A stretch of DNA of 33,745 bases. It comes from Craspedostauros australis (Eukaryota). The position numbers and the translations under genes are program-made. Positions within the stretch are counted from its first letter, which is position 1. Each line of letters starts with the position of its first letter. This document shows, in pieces, positions 12,223-23,185 of this stretch. A model generated the notes under the pieces. It saw only the letters and a list, made by a program, of their open reading frames with translations. It was not told where the DNA came from and searched no databases. The stretch lies in contig JALAGF010002572.1 in the NCBI GenBank assembly GCA_030167865.1, positions 1 to 33,745 on the forward strand. The letters run 5' to 3'.

Positions 12223-15200
12223 CTACCAACCAAAGGACTCAACATGCAGATCGATGCCGTACTCATCCGAAATCTGCTTGAGATCTTGCTCCACAACGCG
12301 CGCGCCACCGCAATACAGCATGCCCCACGTCTTCAGGACGGATTTGCGACATAGATTCTTGACGTAACGACGCGCTTCGGATTGGTGCTCCCATGGTTGG
12401 AACTTCAACCCCAAATGCCGCAGCAGCGTGGTGTCGTCCTCCGCCTTCATGACGTTGCGGAGGTTGGACTTGTCCATGTCCTGCAGGTCGAATCCTTGCA
12501 AAGCGGCTGCGTCGCGCAGCGTTTCGACGTGACGTGAAGAGATCGAAACATCATCGTCATTCTCGTCGTTCTCGCCGTCGCCATCCGTGTCGACGTTGCC
12601 GTGCGTGTTGCGACTCGTCACGGATCGGTTCTTCGAATCGGTCTCGAGGACGGTGTCAATCATGTCCACCAACCGCTCCGTCGTCACCAACTTTTCATCC
12701 GGCGAGTATCGCTCCGGCAATCCTTCTCCCGACTCGATGCCGTACACGATGTTAGGAATGACGCGCGATAGCTTGGGACGTCCGCGGATGATGCAGACGT
12801 TGGTGTTGGAGAAGATCTCAATGTCGTGCCCCAATTCTTCCTTTCCGGTGTAAAAGATGAGGTTCCAGCCACGATGATCGAGGTAGAGATGCTGCAGGAA
12901 GAATCGCAGAAGGTGCGGATCGCGGACGGCCCAGACGAGGTTGATGCGGCGCGTGTTTTGATGCGCGCGGATGACGGAGAGCGCGGGCGTGATGCCGATG
13001 CCGGAGGCCACGAGGATTTGGTTGTCGTAGTCGCCGGCGCTGTCGTAGGGGCTGGGGAACGGGCCTTGCACCCAGACCGGGCGGACGGTGTCGCGCTGGA
13101 GGGTCTGGTGGACCTTGGTGGTCCAGTCGCCGCCCTTCTGCATGAAGATCTGCCGTTCCATGGGGTTGAGGGGATTCTCGAACAGCGAGAACGCGTGCCA
13201 TTGGTGGCGGCTGATCCACGGCAGGCAGACGTAACAGTACCCGCCCTGCGCGCCCTTGTTCTGGAAGGCCTCGCTGACGCCCATGGTCATCTGGACCCCC
13301 GTCGGGAGCACGTGGAATTTGGTGGTCTCGATCTTTTCCGTCATGCAGAAGAAGCAGTAGGTGGCGTCGAGGAAGTACCACGCCAGAAGCGTGCCCATGA
13401 TGTAGGGTGCGAATCCACCGTTGGGAAGGTAGCCGCGCGCCTTGACGTGGAAGCAAAGGGCACCCGCGAAGACCAGGAAGAAGTAATGCAGGATGGATTT
13501 TCGGATTTCGTAGGGGATGTTGCGTTTGAGGCATTGGAACATCATCGGCACGCAGATAAGGAGGCACGTGAACCAGAGCGTAAATCCCGTGCGTCCCGTG
13601 AAATGATGGAGGAGGAGGTTCCACAGGTTGCCCTGATCGTACCAACGTGCAAGGTGCATGGCTGTGTGGCTGGTGCTGAAGACGAAGATGGAGTATCCAC
13701 AGTAAAGATGGAGTTTGTGAAGATCGCCTCGCAGGAACATGGAAATGGGTGTGTGCGAGAGGAGGAGCGCCGTTGCTCGCAGTTTGCTGAAATAGACCAT
13801 GATGAGTGCTGTTCATGTGAATGTGGTAGGGCATGAGTGTGGTATTCATGTTGAAAGAGGAGTGTTGATATGATTGCATTGTGTGAGATATCGTCGCCAT
13901 GCGTTATGCCATGATGCATTATGTACAATGTGGGTTGTTCGCGCACATGCAAAGCATCCTGTATCATTCCACTCCATTCCACTCCACTCAATTTCTCTCG
14001 CATCGCACTTACCAGGATACATGAGAAAGGCGCTGGACCGCGACATGAGAAGGCAGACCAGTTGGAAGGTGTTCTGCGCCACGACGGGTCGTTCCAGCAC
14101 GCCAATGACACCGCGCTGCGTGCGCTCTAGCGACTCCGTATCTACGATGGTGCGCGTGTTCCAATCGTAGAGGCCGCCGAAGAATGTGTACGCCACCACG
14201 TAGATCCAGAATGCCAATTGGCACAGCTTGAGCGTCTTGTGTCGCAAGAGGCGCTGGACGAATTTGCGTCGGCGGTAGATGCGTCTGCGTTGCTGATCGT
14301 CGTCGTCGGCAGCTGCATCAGTACTGCTGCCATTTGGCTTGTGGAGTGTTACGGCGGACATGCTGTGATCATTCTGAGTCAACGAGACCATCATGTCAGT
14401 CGTCGATGCGGTATGAGAGTTGGCAATGGCCATGGAACCGTTCATGGCACCTCCGTTGTTGTTGTTGAAGGCTGTGGGTGCCTCCATGTCATCGCTGGGC
14501 GACATCATCGATATTGTGTTCGGGGAATACATCTGCTCGCTGTCGTCGTTGGCAAATGTGGCAGTCGTATCGGAATCGCTGTACTCGTCGATGAATTGCA
14601 ACCCGGTGACCGAACGGGCGGGTTCCTGGACGTGGATAACCTGACGATGAATCGAATCGGCGCGCTGAATTTCTGGTTGCGGCAAGTAGCGATGCAACGA
14701 GTCGCGGCGATTGAGAACCTGTTGGAACGACGATGCCGCCACCTGGTTTGATGCAACCGCGGGATCCGCCGCACTCGACTCCTGTCCGAACGGTGGCGCG
14801 CCGATGGTCATGGGAATGCCGGCCTGCTGACGAGCATACGACTGGGCCGGAGATCTGGAGACAGCGTGCGAATAATCCTGCGACGATTGCTCGTGGATGG
14901 AAGCGATGCGACGGAAAGAGACGGAACGATCGAGGTTGGATGTCATCTCCGTGGCATCGGAACGCGTCGAGACGATGGAGGAGAACCTGGAGAGTGGTGC
15001 GAAGTTGGGCGACGCGCTCGACAGCTGCGGGCGTCCGCGGCGCGTGATGGGAGACACCAGCTCGACGCGCGGCGATGGCGCCTTCTTCATCGTCATGGAT
15101 CGCGTGGGAGGGCTGGGCTCCTGCTGGAACATCTGCTGCTGCTGGTCATGGTTGCTGTGGCGGCTGTGGTAACTGTGACGGCTGTGTTGGCTGTGACGAC

Positions 15201-15300
15201 TGTGACGACTTTGAGAGTTGCCCCCCAAGCCGTTCATCAGAGAGTCCATCTCCATCTCCGTCTCCTCCTTCTGCTGATGCTGGTAGATGAATGATGCCAT
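12223..15300 (-). CDS. NADPH oxidase (NOX/RBOH-like; ferric reductase transmembrane, FAD-binding and NADPH-binding domains), 957 aa; join(15300..14013, 13808..12223)
   Basis: Heme-ligand His pairs are spaced as in NOX2: H-x13-H-x3-H (HLYCG...SHTAMH) and H-x12-H (HYFF...CFH). Also GRTG in TM4, FAD motif QWHAFS, VQGPF, NADPH motif LVASGIGITP, LVWAVR, YCGG and C-terminal ESF. The exons join in frame as FLMYP-A-LIMVYFSKLRA. Confidence 0.88.
13809..14012 (-). other. Spliceosomal intron (204 nt, phase 1), containing a short GAGTG/GAATG pentamer run
   Basis: Donor G|GTAAGT at 14012 and acceptor CAG ending at 13809. The split codon G+CA gives Ala, in frame with the 12223-13800 ORF. Confidence 0.85.
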
Positions 15301-16276
15301 CTTCCTCCTCGTTCTGTCTGTGACGCTTCTATGGGTAGGCGAGTGTACGAATGTGTGGATGTGTGGATGTGCAACGGAGGATGGCAAGGTGATGTCTGCG
15401 TCTGCGTCTGCGTTTGAGTTGCGAGACTTGCAAGGCGAAGGCGCGAGCAATGGAAGCAACGCGGAAAAAGATGCGACAAGTGTGTGAGTGAGGTGCGTTG
15501 TGCAACTGACCAACGATTCTCGTTCTCTGTTTGGGCAGAAACAACGAACAGAGTTTAATTTGTGTGAGCCTTTCGCCTTGTCGCACAATTATATCCTACG
15601 ACGTCGCATTCGTGTCGCGAGGCTATTGTTCATTTGTTCAAAGACATATCAATTGCAAACTCGTGACACAACCACTGTCGCACGAAGCTGCATGTCGACG
15701 TTCTCACGGTCACACAAATTCTGCTCGCCGTGGCCACGAAAAACATGTTGACCCCAAATCGAGATCATCTCCATCCAATCCATCGATGCCATCAACTCCA
15801 ACGAATGGAGTCAACACGGTGAATGAGAGTGTATCGTTTCGCATGCTCTGCAATGAAAGAGTTTCAATGTTAGTCTTCGTTGGTTTGCTACCATCGATCG
15901 AGATCCATGGGATTGCCACGATGGAATCCTCGTACTCACCAACACAAAGCCACCAAAATCACCACCATCCTCCACTTCCTGTCACGATGCAACATGCAAT
16001 ACGCTGCATTTCGTTGCGTTGAATTGCGTAGCACTGTGTTGCTCAACCACATCGTACCAAGTACCAAGAGGCTGAGGCTGTTCGTGAGGATTTGTTGCGA
16101 TAGCTCCATGATTATGCTGTACGCGCCACACTATCATGTCATCATAATCCACATGCTCAAGCCAGCCGCCAACCTCACCGATGGGAACGAGAGCATCGAG
16201 ATTTGCCCGACGTCTGAAACGACAGTCCTCCACAGTATCGTCTCAAGAGTCTCCCAACAACGAAGAAGAACCTAAC

Positions 16277-17074
16277 ATGAGCCAACTTCTGTCCTCCGAG
16301 TTGCACCCGCCTCCCTCCGCACCCCGCGAGGACGGATTGGCCAGCAACAATGAGGTCAAATACAAGGACGAGGAACTTGCCTTGGCCTTACAGACCGAAT
16401 TCGACGACGAGCATGCCAAGAAATGCAACGATGAAGAACTGTGTCACCTCACGGAGCGGCTGACCATCGAAGAGGAGTCCATGCAGCTCACAACGACAGG
16501 ACGCGCTCTTAGATTCGTACAGGACGTCGTGGAGTCCTTGACATTTCTTGACCGCCAAACCAGCAACGCAGAAGGCACAAACAAGCCTCTCGTATCTCTC
16601 ATCGATCCTGCCTACCTCGTGCAGCATACCGAAAAGTTCATGATCCAGTTTGCCGCTTTCAAGGATGCCGGCATCTCCACCGCCATCGACTTTGGATATC
16701 ACTTCACCAGCGAAGAGAACATGAACAAGATCCACACCTATGGACTTCTCTCCAAGCCCGATCGTGAGAGTCGCAGCATCAACAGTGCACACCATGGCTC
16801 CCAACATGGGGAAGGAGTCTACACGGCCGACGATACGACCTACGCCGGGAATGGGAAATACGGCAACGCTTGCTTGTTGGTGGCGCGATTGCAAGGAGGC
16901 ATGTCAAATACGGTGCGCAAACTGATCGTCAAAGTGCTGAAGCAATCCTCGCAATCGTTGGCGATGGTCCAGATTGATTGGAATCGCTGGAAGTCATGCA
17001 ATCCACACTACACGACCAGATTGAAGGAGATGGAACGGGAGCTGGCCGGTTTGTTTGAGAAACATTTTGAATGA
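16277..17074 (+). CDS. PARP-like ADP-ribosyltransferase-fold protein with an N-terminal UIM/MIU-like helix
   Basis: DFGYHFT...NMNKIHTYGL...HGSQHGEGVYTA...LLVARL...VLKQSSQ matches the PARP catalytic-domain pattern (His strand, G-x-G-V-Y, LL strand, final Q). DEELALALQTEF lies at 16367-16402. The ORF is open from ATG 16181; 16277 is the preferred start but uncertain. Confidence 0.7.
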   Translation: MSQLLSSELHPPPSAPREDGLASNNEVKYKDEELALALQTEFDDEHAKKCNDEELCHLTERLTIEEESMQLTTTGRALRFVQDVVESLTFLDRQTSNAEGTNKPLVSLIDPAYLVQHTEKFMIQFAAFKDAGISTAIDFGYHFTSEENMNKIHTYGLLSKPDRESRSINSAHHGSQHGEGVYTADDTTYAGNGKYGNACLLVARLQGGMSNTVRKLIVKVLKQSSQSLAMVQIDWNRWKSCNPHYTTRLKEMERELAGLFEKHFE

Positions 17075-17185
17075 TGCGAAGAAAGCTCAGAGCGCCACAA
17101 CATGTTGCATCATAGGATAACACCAAGACGACTTGACGCCGAAGATTGAGCACACTCAAAGTCGACCATGGACATGCCACAGTAA

Positions 17186-17911
17186 TTAAGTAGACGACAC
17201 GTCAATTCCATTCTTCTTGAGGAAGTCCGACATCGCCGCAATCTCCCAACTCGCCGTTTCGCCACCACCCGATGATCCGACCCATGAATCGGTGGACGAG
17301 ACAAATACGTCGCATCCCATGTCCCGATACGGCAGCGTCTCGGTCAGAAAGTACTCCGCATCGACGGCGTCCTGTCCGATCTGCTGCACGAGCTCCGGAA
17401 ACGAATCGAACTTCTTCTCGGCGCGCAAGTATCCACCCAACTGCAGTCGCATGGCATTGTCGTAGAAGTCGCCGCCGCCATCGTAATCGAGCAGATGAGC
17501 CTCCACGATCTTTTCGGGATTCTCCTGATCGACGAAGGTCGGAGAGTAGCCAATATTGACGACGGCCTTGTAGGGTTGCCGCGATTGCGGTTCGATGGCG
17601 GCATGCCCCACGTACACGCCCGTTGGCAAGTCCTGCAGGGCCTCCTGGAAGAGACTCGTGGGCAGGTTGGCCGTGGGGAATCCCAGCTTCTTGCTGCCGC
17701 GTCCGAAGCCGCGCTCGACGTTGCCGCGCAGTTGGATGATGGAATCGAGGAGTTGGATCGGACGGTCGGGGTTGGGTTGCGGTTTGCCGTCGCTGGGCGA
17801 TGCCGTCATGAAACGAGGTCCGGCTGCCCGCATCACACAGAAGGCGGAAGAGACGCGCATGGTGGCGAGCATGAGGAGCGTGGATAGACGGCGGCTGCGG
17901 ATCGCTGTCAT
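17186..17911 (-). CDS. RFK: Riboflavin kinase (monofunctional, eukaryote type) with an N-terminal targeting presequence
   Basis: Motifs GNVERGFGRGSKKLGFPTANL, TGVYVG, VVNIGYSPTF, EAHLL, DFY and GYLRAEKKFDSFPELVQQI..D. Confidence 0.95.
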   Translation of the reverse strand: MTAIRSRRLSTLLMLATMRVSSAFCVMRAAGPRFMTASPSDGKPQPNPDRPIQLLDSIIQLRGNVERGFGRGSKKLGFPTANLPTSLFQEALQDLPTGVYVGHAAIEPQSRQPYKAVVNIGYSPTFVDQENPEKIVEAHLLDYDGGGDFYDNAMRLQLGGYLRAEKKFDSFPELVQQIGQDAVDAEYFLTETLPYRDMGCDVFVSSTDSWVGSSGGGETASWEIAAMSDFLKKNGIDVSST

Positions 17912-18361
17912 CGTTTCGTTGTTGCCTTGTGCTGTTTGTGGATCTGCGGTGAAGCTGTTCTCTGTGTTATCGATGAAGTCGGTTGTGGATGTGAGATCGA
18001 AGCTCCGGAGGAGTGAGCAGTGTGCGCAATCCGCCGCCTTGAAGATGATGCCAATGTTGTTGGCGGATCGCTGCGAACCGTAGCGGTTGTGGTGTCAAAA
18101 ACGCGTGGTTGGATCTTTGCCGCACAACGGATTTTTGCGTCTTTTTTTCCCCCTTCTCTACACTTGTCTGTGGTAGCCTTACTCGGTAACGAAGTGTAGC
18201 AGTGGACTGCGAACATCGAACTCGCCTCAACCTGTTCAGGTACCATTCGAATGCAATGCTTGTCGGACGCGAGAGAAGTGCTCCAAAGAAGTAGAGTAGG
18301 TACAGCAGGCTCGTTTCTATTTTGTCTATGTTCATTTGATTTTAAACAGGGCTGCGCGTGC

Positions 18362-20005
18362 CTAAGCCGTGAGACGTCGTTCGCACTCGGCGCTGAGCTT
18401 GTCCCAACATTGCTTGCCCTCGAACGTGAGGAACATATCCTTGGTTTGGTCCAGATGCTGCTGCAGCTGCGTGTACCATGCGGTCGTGAGCAACGTCTCG
18501 CACTGGACATCGAGCTCGGCCTGATGCGGCGGGGGTGCTTCATCGTCAGAACCGAAGAGGAGGGAGACGAGGGCGCACAGGGCCTGCGACTGCACGTCGA
18601 TGGAGGATTCGTGACGTCGCATGGCGTCGAAGATGCGCTGGATACCGCCGTGCTGCAGGATGGGGACCTTGTTGCGGAACTGCATGAGGGCCGTGCAAAT
18701 CGAGGCCTGGATTGTCTCGTGGTTGGGGTACATCTGCATGGCGCGCAGCAAGGTGCGGATGCCGCCGTACTTGGTGATGACGACCTGGTAGTAGCTGTCG
18801 TGGGTGTACTGCGTGAGAGCGAGGATCTGGGATTCAGGTGCCGCCATGTTCTCGCTGGCGATTGAGGACGCGGATTGGACGTCCATTTCGCCGTCTGAGT
18901 TACCCTGCGCGCCGGTGTTGCCACTGTCGTTGTGCTGTCGCTGTGCGGGTGCTTGGTCAGTGCCAATGGCGATGTCAACGACATCGTCGATGGCGAGCTC
19001 CATCTGATCGCAATGCATCTGCACCTCGGTCAGCAGGGCCTTGACGGTGGACGCGCTGGATCGCTGAGCGACCTGAAGGCTCCACGATGTGACGGACGTG
19101 GCGACTGGTCTGCCGCAGGTGGTGGACGATGCGTCCGATGGCGAGAGCGGCACGGTGGCGGGTTGCACGCCGTAGCTGCTGTTGCCCAGAGTCGATGTGG
19201 CCGAGTTCAGGGTGGCCCAGGAGCAGGTGGAATGCAGCGGCATGGTCGCGTTGATGTTGCTGTTGCTGAGGCTGCTGTTGCCGCCGTCGATGCTGTTGGC
19301 GTTGTTCAAGCTGACATCGGAAGGCGACCCGGCCAAGCCCAAGGAAACGAAGGACGCGTTGTGCAGCTTGCTGATGTTCTCCAAGGAGAGGAAGCGCGGC
19401 AGGCGTCCCGTCCTCGATCTCACCCTCGGAAGGGAAGACCTGCTGATGCTGGTGGTGATGGGCGTCGCAGTGGATGCGGCTGTTGCGATGGATTGGAAAG
19501 ACGAGGACGAGGATGAGAACGAGACGGTGGAGAGCGGCTTCTTCGGCCTCGATCTCGTGTTGAGATGTGCGTGACCATGTGGCAGTGAGTACGGTGCCGA
19601 CTGTCTCTGCTGATGCTGTTGATGATGCTGATGGTGCTGTTGTTGATGCTGGGCAAGGCGGGGCTTCGAGGACAGCATTCGCGTGTGAAGGTTGTTGCCA
19701 TGCTTGCTGGTGGAGCCGTTTGGCGCGAAAACAAGAGGCGCCACCATGGTGGGAACTTCGGCGAATGTCTTCACCATCCTTCGCACTCCGCTCCTGCTGC
19801 TGTTGCAGTTGCCTTGGCTACTCCTGGACGACCTGTGTGGACTGTTGAGGCTCTGCAGGCTGCCGTGACTGCTCGTGCTCTTGCTCGTGTGTCTCTTCGA
19901 CTTCATCTGTCTGCTCGGGAGCGCATGCATCGGCTGCAGCTGGTTCTGCATCTTCTCCTGTTGGTTGGGAATTGGGCTGTTCTGCGAATGCGGCACGTTG
20001 ATCAT
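18362..20005 (-). CDS. Protein with a long Ser/Gln/His-rich disordered N-terminus and C-terminal armadillo-type repeats
   Basis: 547-aa ORF with two tandem ARM-like units: ITKYGGIRTLLRAMQMYPNHETIQASICTAL and ILQHGGIQRIFDAMRRHESSIDVQSQALCAL. Alternative start at MQNQLQ. Confidence 0.75.
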   Translation of the reverse strand: MINVPHSQNSPIPNQQEKMQNQLQPMHALPSRQMKSKRHTSKSTSSHGSLQSLNSPHRSSRSSQGNCNSSRSGVRRMVKTFAEVPTMVAPLVFAPNGSTSKHGNNLHTRMLSSKPRLAQHQQQHHQHHQQHQQRQSAPYSLPHGHAHLNTRSRPKKPLSTVSFSSSSSSFQSIATAASTATPITTSISRSSLPRVRSRTGRLPRFLSLENISKLHNASFVSLGLAGSPSDVSLNNANSIDGGNSSLSNSNINATMPLHSTCSWATLNSATSTLGNSSYGVQPATVPLSPSDASSTTCGRPVATSVTSWSLQVAQRSSASTVKALLTEVQMHCDQMELAIDDVVDIAIGTDQAPAQRQHNDSGNTGAQGNSDGEMDVQSASSIASENMAAPESQILALTQYTHDSYYQVVITKYGGIRTLLRAMQMYPNHETIQASICTALMQFRNKVPILQHGGIQRIFDAMRRHESSIDVQSQALCALVSLLFGSDDEAPPPHQAELDVQCETLLTTAWYTQLQQHLDQTKDMFLTFEGKQCWDKLSAECERRLTA

Positions 20006-20016
20006 CGTCGTTTGCC

Positions 20017-20018
<2 letters not shown>

Positions 20019-20058
<40 letters not shown>
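20019..20058. repeat. (CT)20 / (AG)20 microsatellite, 13 nt upstream of the ARM gene ATG
   Basis: Perfect dinucleotide run, read directly. Confidence 0.97.
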
Positions 20059-20061
<3 letters not shown>

Positions 20062-23000
20062 GCTCTTGATCTGCCGTTCACTTGTTGTCTTTGCTGTGGT
20101 TGCTTTCGCTGTGATGGGTTGTTGAAGGTGTGAATGATGTCGGAGCACTTCTTTTGTGAGGAATTGGGATCGTCCTGTTCTCGTTCCTCGTTGTTTCTGT
20201 GATTGTGCTTTTTGTTGTTGTTTGTCGCGGTGCCGCAAATGCCTCGTCGACCGCGCGGCAACAACGAGCAGGGAGATGGCACGTTCTCAGAGCTGCGCGC
20301 CGAAACAACACGGATTTGTTCGCGATTGTGCCATAAAACGCGTTGTTCAACGTTGCGTTCCGTTGCAAATGAACAACCACGACGGTTCCTCTGTGCGAGT
20401 CGAGAAGCGGAAAACGGAACAACCAACACAAAAGCGCGACAACACAACATCACGTGCAGTGGTGGTGTGGATGGAGGTCGGACATGCGTACGACCCGCGA
20501 GCGCTGTGATTGTACCTGATCGGTGACGTTCACTCCCATGACTAAGTTCGGGAAAACTATCGTGCAGGGCATCTGGTGCGACACATAGAACAAGTAGGAC
20601 GAATAATTGATAATCTGGCGGTACTCGTGAAGGTACTACCGGTCGCAGGTTTTGTCACGAGCCTTCGACGGAGGAACGCATTGCACGAATAGCACTAAGC
20701 GCAACGACACCACGTGTGCCCTTTCAGCCTTCACAAAGAGGAACGAAGCAGTAGATTGGAAATCGTCACAGGCGCTGCCAATACGAAGCCGAACAAATTA
20801 TTTATCCGAGCGGTATTACCGCATCAGCTGGCCAGGACTTTGCGCTGATACCACGATCAGGAAAATGTAATGTACTTTGCATGATGTACTTCCAATAGAC
20901 TAAGAAAAACGAAGTGTTCGATATCGTGGTATACCTTCTTTTGAATATACTAAGACAGGTACTTCCAACGGGGAAGTTTCGGAGAGGTGAATGAGCGAAC
21001 TGTGACACCGCTGTTCTCATGGAATCACTATCACAACTTTGTCTCTTTAAACATCGTGACTGACGTGATACGCCGTTCTTGTTCTGCGCGATGACCACTC
21101 ATGATTCATCTAACCGGAGTTCGCCCACTTGAACATCGTGCAAAGCCAAGGTTTCGATGTCTCAGGACCACAAGTGACACCATGTTTCTTGTTAGCGCGA
21201 TCCTTCGTGTGATCGAACTTCTTCCGACATCCGTTCACCTTGCTCGGTGTTCCATTCCGTGACGATGTTCTCGATGTTCGTCACAGGATCGGTGCTGGTG
21301 TGAGAGGACTGCCTCCGAGATTGTTGGCATGCAGGGGATTTTCACGCACCACCGCCGTGTGCCGAAGGAGCCGTTCTCCTGGCGCAAGAGGACGAGCAGA
21401 CAAAGCATTCGGGAGCAACCGCAACGCGAAGCCGGGTGAAAGTCGATGCAGCATCGTGTTCTTCTGCCCGCTGGGATCTGTCATTCCACCGAGGGGCGGC
21501 ATGGCACGAGCTACTTGTCGGCGCACCACGCATGAGATTGGCGCACGAGTACGAGTTGTTGGGGAAGAACTTGGACCGATTGATACGAGTGGTGCCATGC
21601 AAGTATCCAATCTGTGGTGGCAAACAGAGAGACCGCGTCGCTGTTGGCGCGCTCCCAGAGCTCCGACATCCACATCCATCCCCATCGACACCCAACAATT
21701 CTCCATGTTCCTGTGACATCGGAGAACGGAGCAACAGTCTCCTCTCGCTGACATTTCTCTTACCGTGCCTGTTCTGTGGCAGAGCACACAACTCCGCTCT
21801 GCCCTGCCTTGTTCACCATGGTGTATGCGCGCATCGCCCCAGCGTCCTTCTCTCTCTGCAAGCATCATTGCGCGCGAGGCGAGTACGATCTACTCCAACA
21901 GAAGACTGATACTTCAGATGCGAAACCGCTCCACGTTGACGAGATGAAATGTCATTCTGTCCGAACAAACGCACAATTGCGCTTCACTCTCCCACAGTCA
22001 CCCTCCATGAGTCAAAATGATCGTGTGGCAGGATGGGAGAGATGCCGCTCTCCGGGGCGCGAAGCGGACCAGTTGGGCAAGGGGGCAAGACACAATGAAC
22101 AGGAACGCAACGCATCCTTGGTGCGTTGACTTGTTCGCATTGGTGGGCTTGTCTCATGCGTCTCTTGACAGAAGCTATCGCATCGGTGGATACTTCCATC
22201 GACTCGTTGATGCTGCCGCGAAGCAGAACCAACTCGCAGAGTCATCCGCAGCCCTGATACCTCTCCCCACACAGACCACAAGAGAGAGCCTGATGATTTG
22301 GATCGATTTTTGGCGCCGGAGAAATCTCCAAGCGGAACCCACCACAAAAATGATCTCTCACATGGACGAGAAAGACAGGAAGACGAGATTTGAAAGAAGC
22401 TGTGACCAGAATACTCGCACATGGAGCATGAAGAATGTAGCCTGAGCTGACGCCGCTCCCTCTCTCTCTCTCGTCACTGCTTCAGGGCTCTTCTGTTCGG
22501 TTTCCCATCCCTTTTGATCATGTTTGTTTGGTGCTCTACTCCAGAGTACGAGTGCTTGGATGTCGTCGGCGATCGGGAAGACGCATTCTCCCGCACGTCC
22601 TGCTACCAGAATCCCGCTTGCACAATCTACGGGCTACGGGCTACGGACTACTTCGTCTCCGATCTCTCAATCAATAGTTCAATCACATTTTCCCGTGGGG
22701 TACGGGATGTAACGTAATACTACTTCAGGCTTCGATTATACCGTCCACGAGGCAACGAGAAACCTGAATCGGTACCGGAGAGGACATCATATCCATGGAA
22801 CTCACCACGGAGGAATCCACACGAGTACGGCACATTCTTTTCCTTGCAGTATTGATGAGATGGATGGATAGCTCGTCCATCCATGATCACATAACATACC
22901 TATGCGGAGCAACCCAAGGAGGCGGCTGGCGACTTCGCCTGCGTGCCGCAATCACTTCTTCCCATCCTTGGGTTTGGCCGGCACGGACGTCACAAGCAGA

Positions 23001-23150
23001 TGCGCCAAGCCACTCGTACATACGAGCACTATTGCATAGGACTCACACCGCAGCTCTCCATGCAAGTGTAAATGCAGTAGTCAATAGCTTGCGCATGAGC
23101 TACTCTACATGTCTGCCCCCCTCTTCGCCATCCAGCCAATCCACTTCGGG

Positions 23151-23185
23151 TCAGGCCAAGTGATGCCAAGTGAAGCCAAGTCAGG
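23151..23185. repeat. Short 10-bp-period tandem repeat (core GCCAAGT x3)
   Basis: tcaggccaag tgatgccaag tgaagccaag tcagg. Confidence 0.75.

Noticed and set aside
12818-13900. 360-aa - strand and 336-aa + strand ORFs overlapping NOX
   Set aside because: Alternative-frame and antisense products of GC3-rich coding sequence.
15301-15588. Upstream extension of the NOX exon-1 ORF
   Set aside because: Reads like 5' UTR or promoter with simple repeats; the ATG at 15300 is a more plausible start.
17908-18984. 358-aa - strand ORF bridging the ARM gene and RFK
   Set aside because: Out-of-frame overlap with the ARM gene; Ser/Arg/Pro-rich translation with no motifs.
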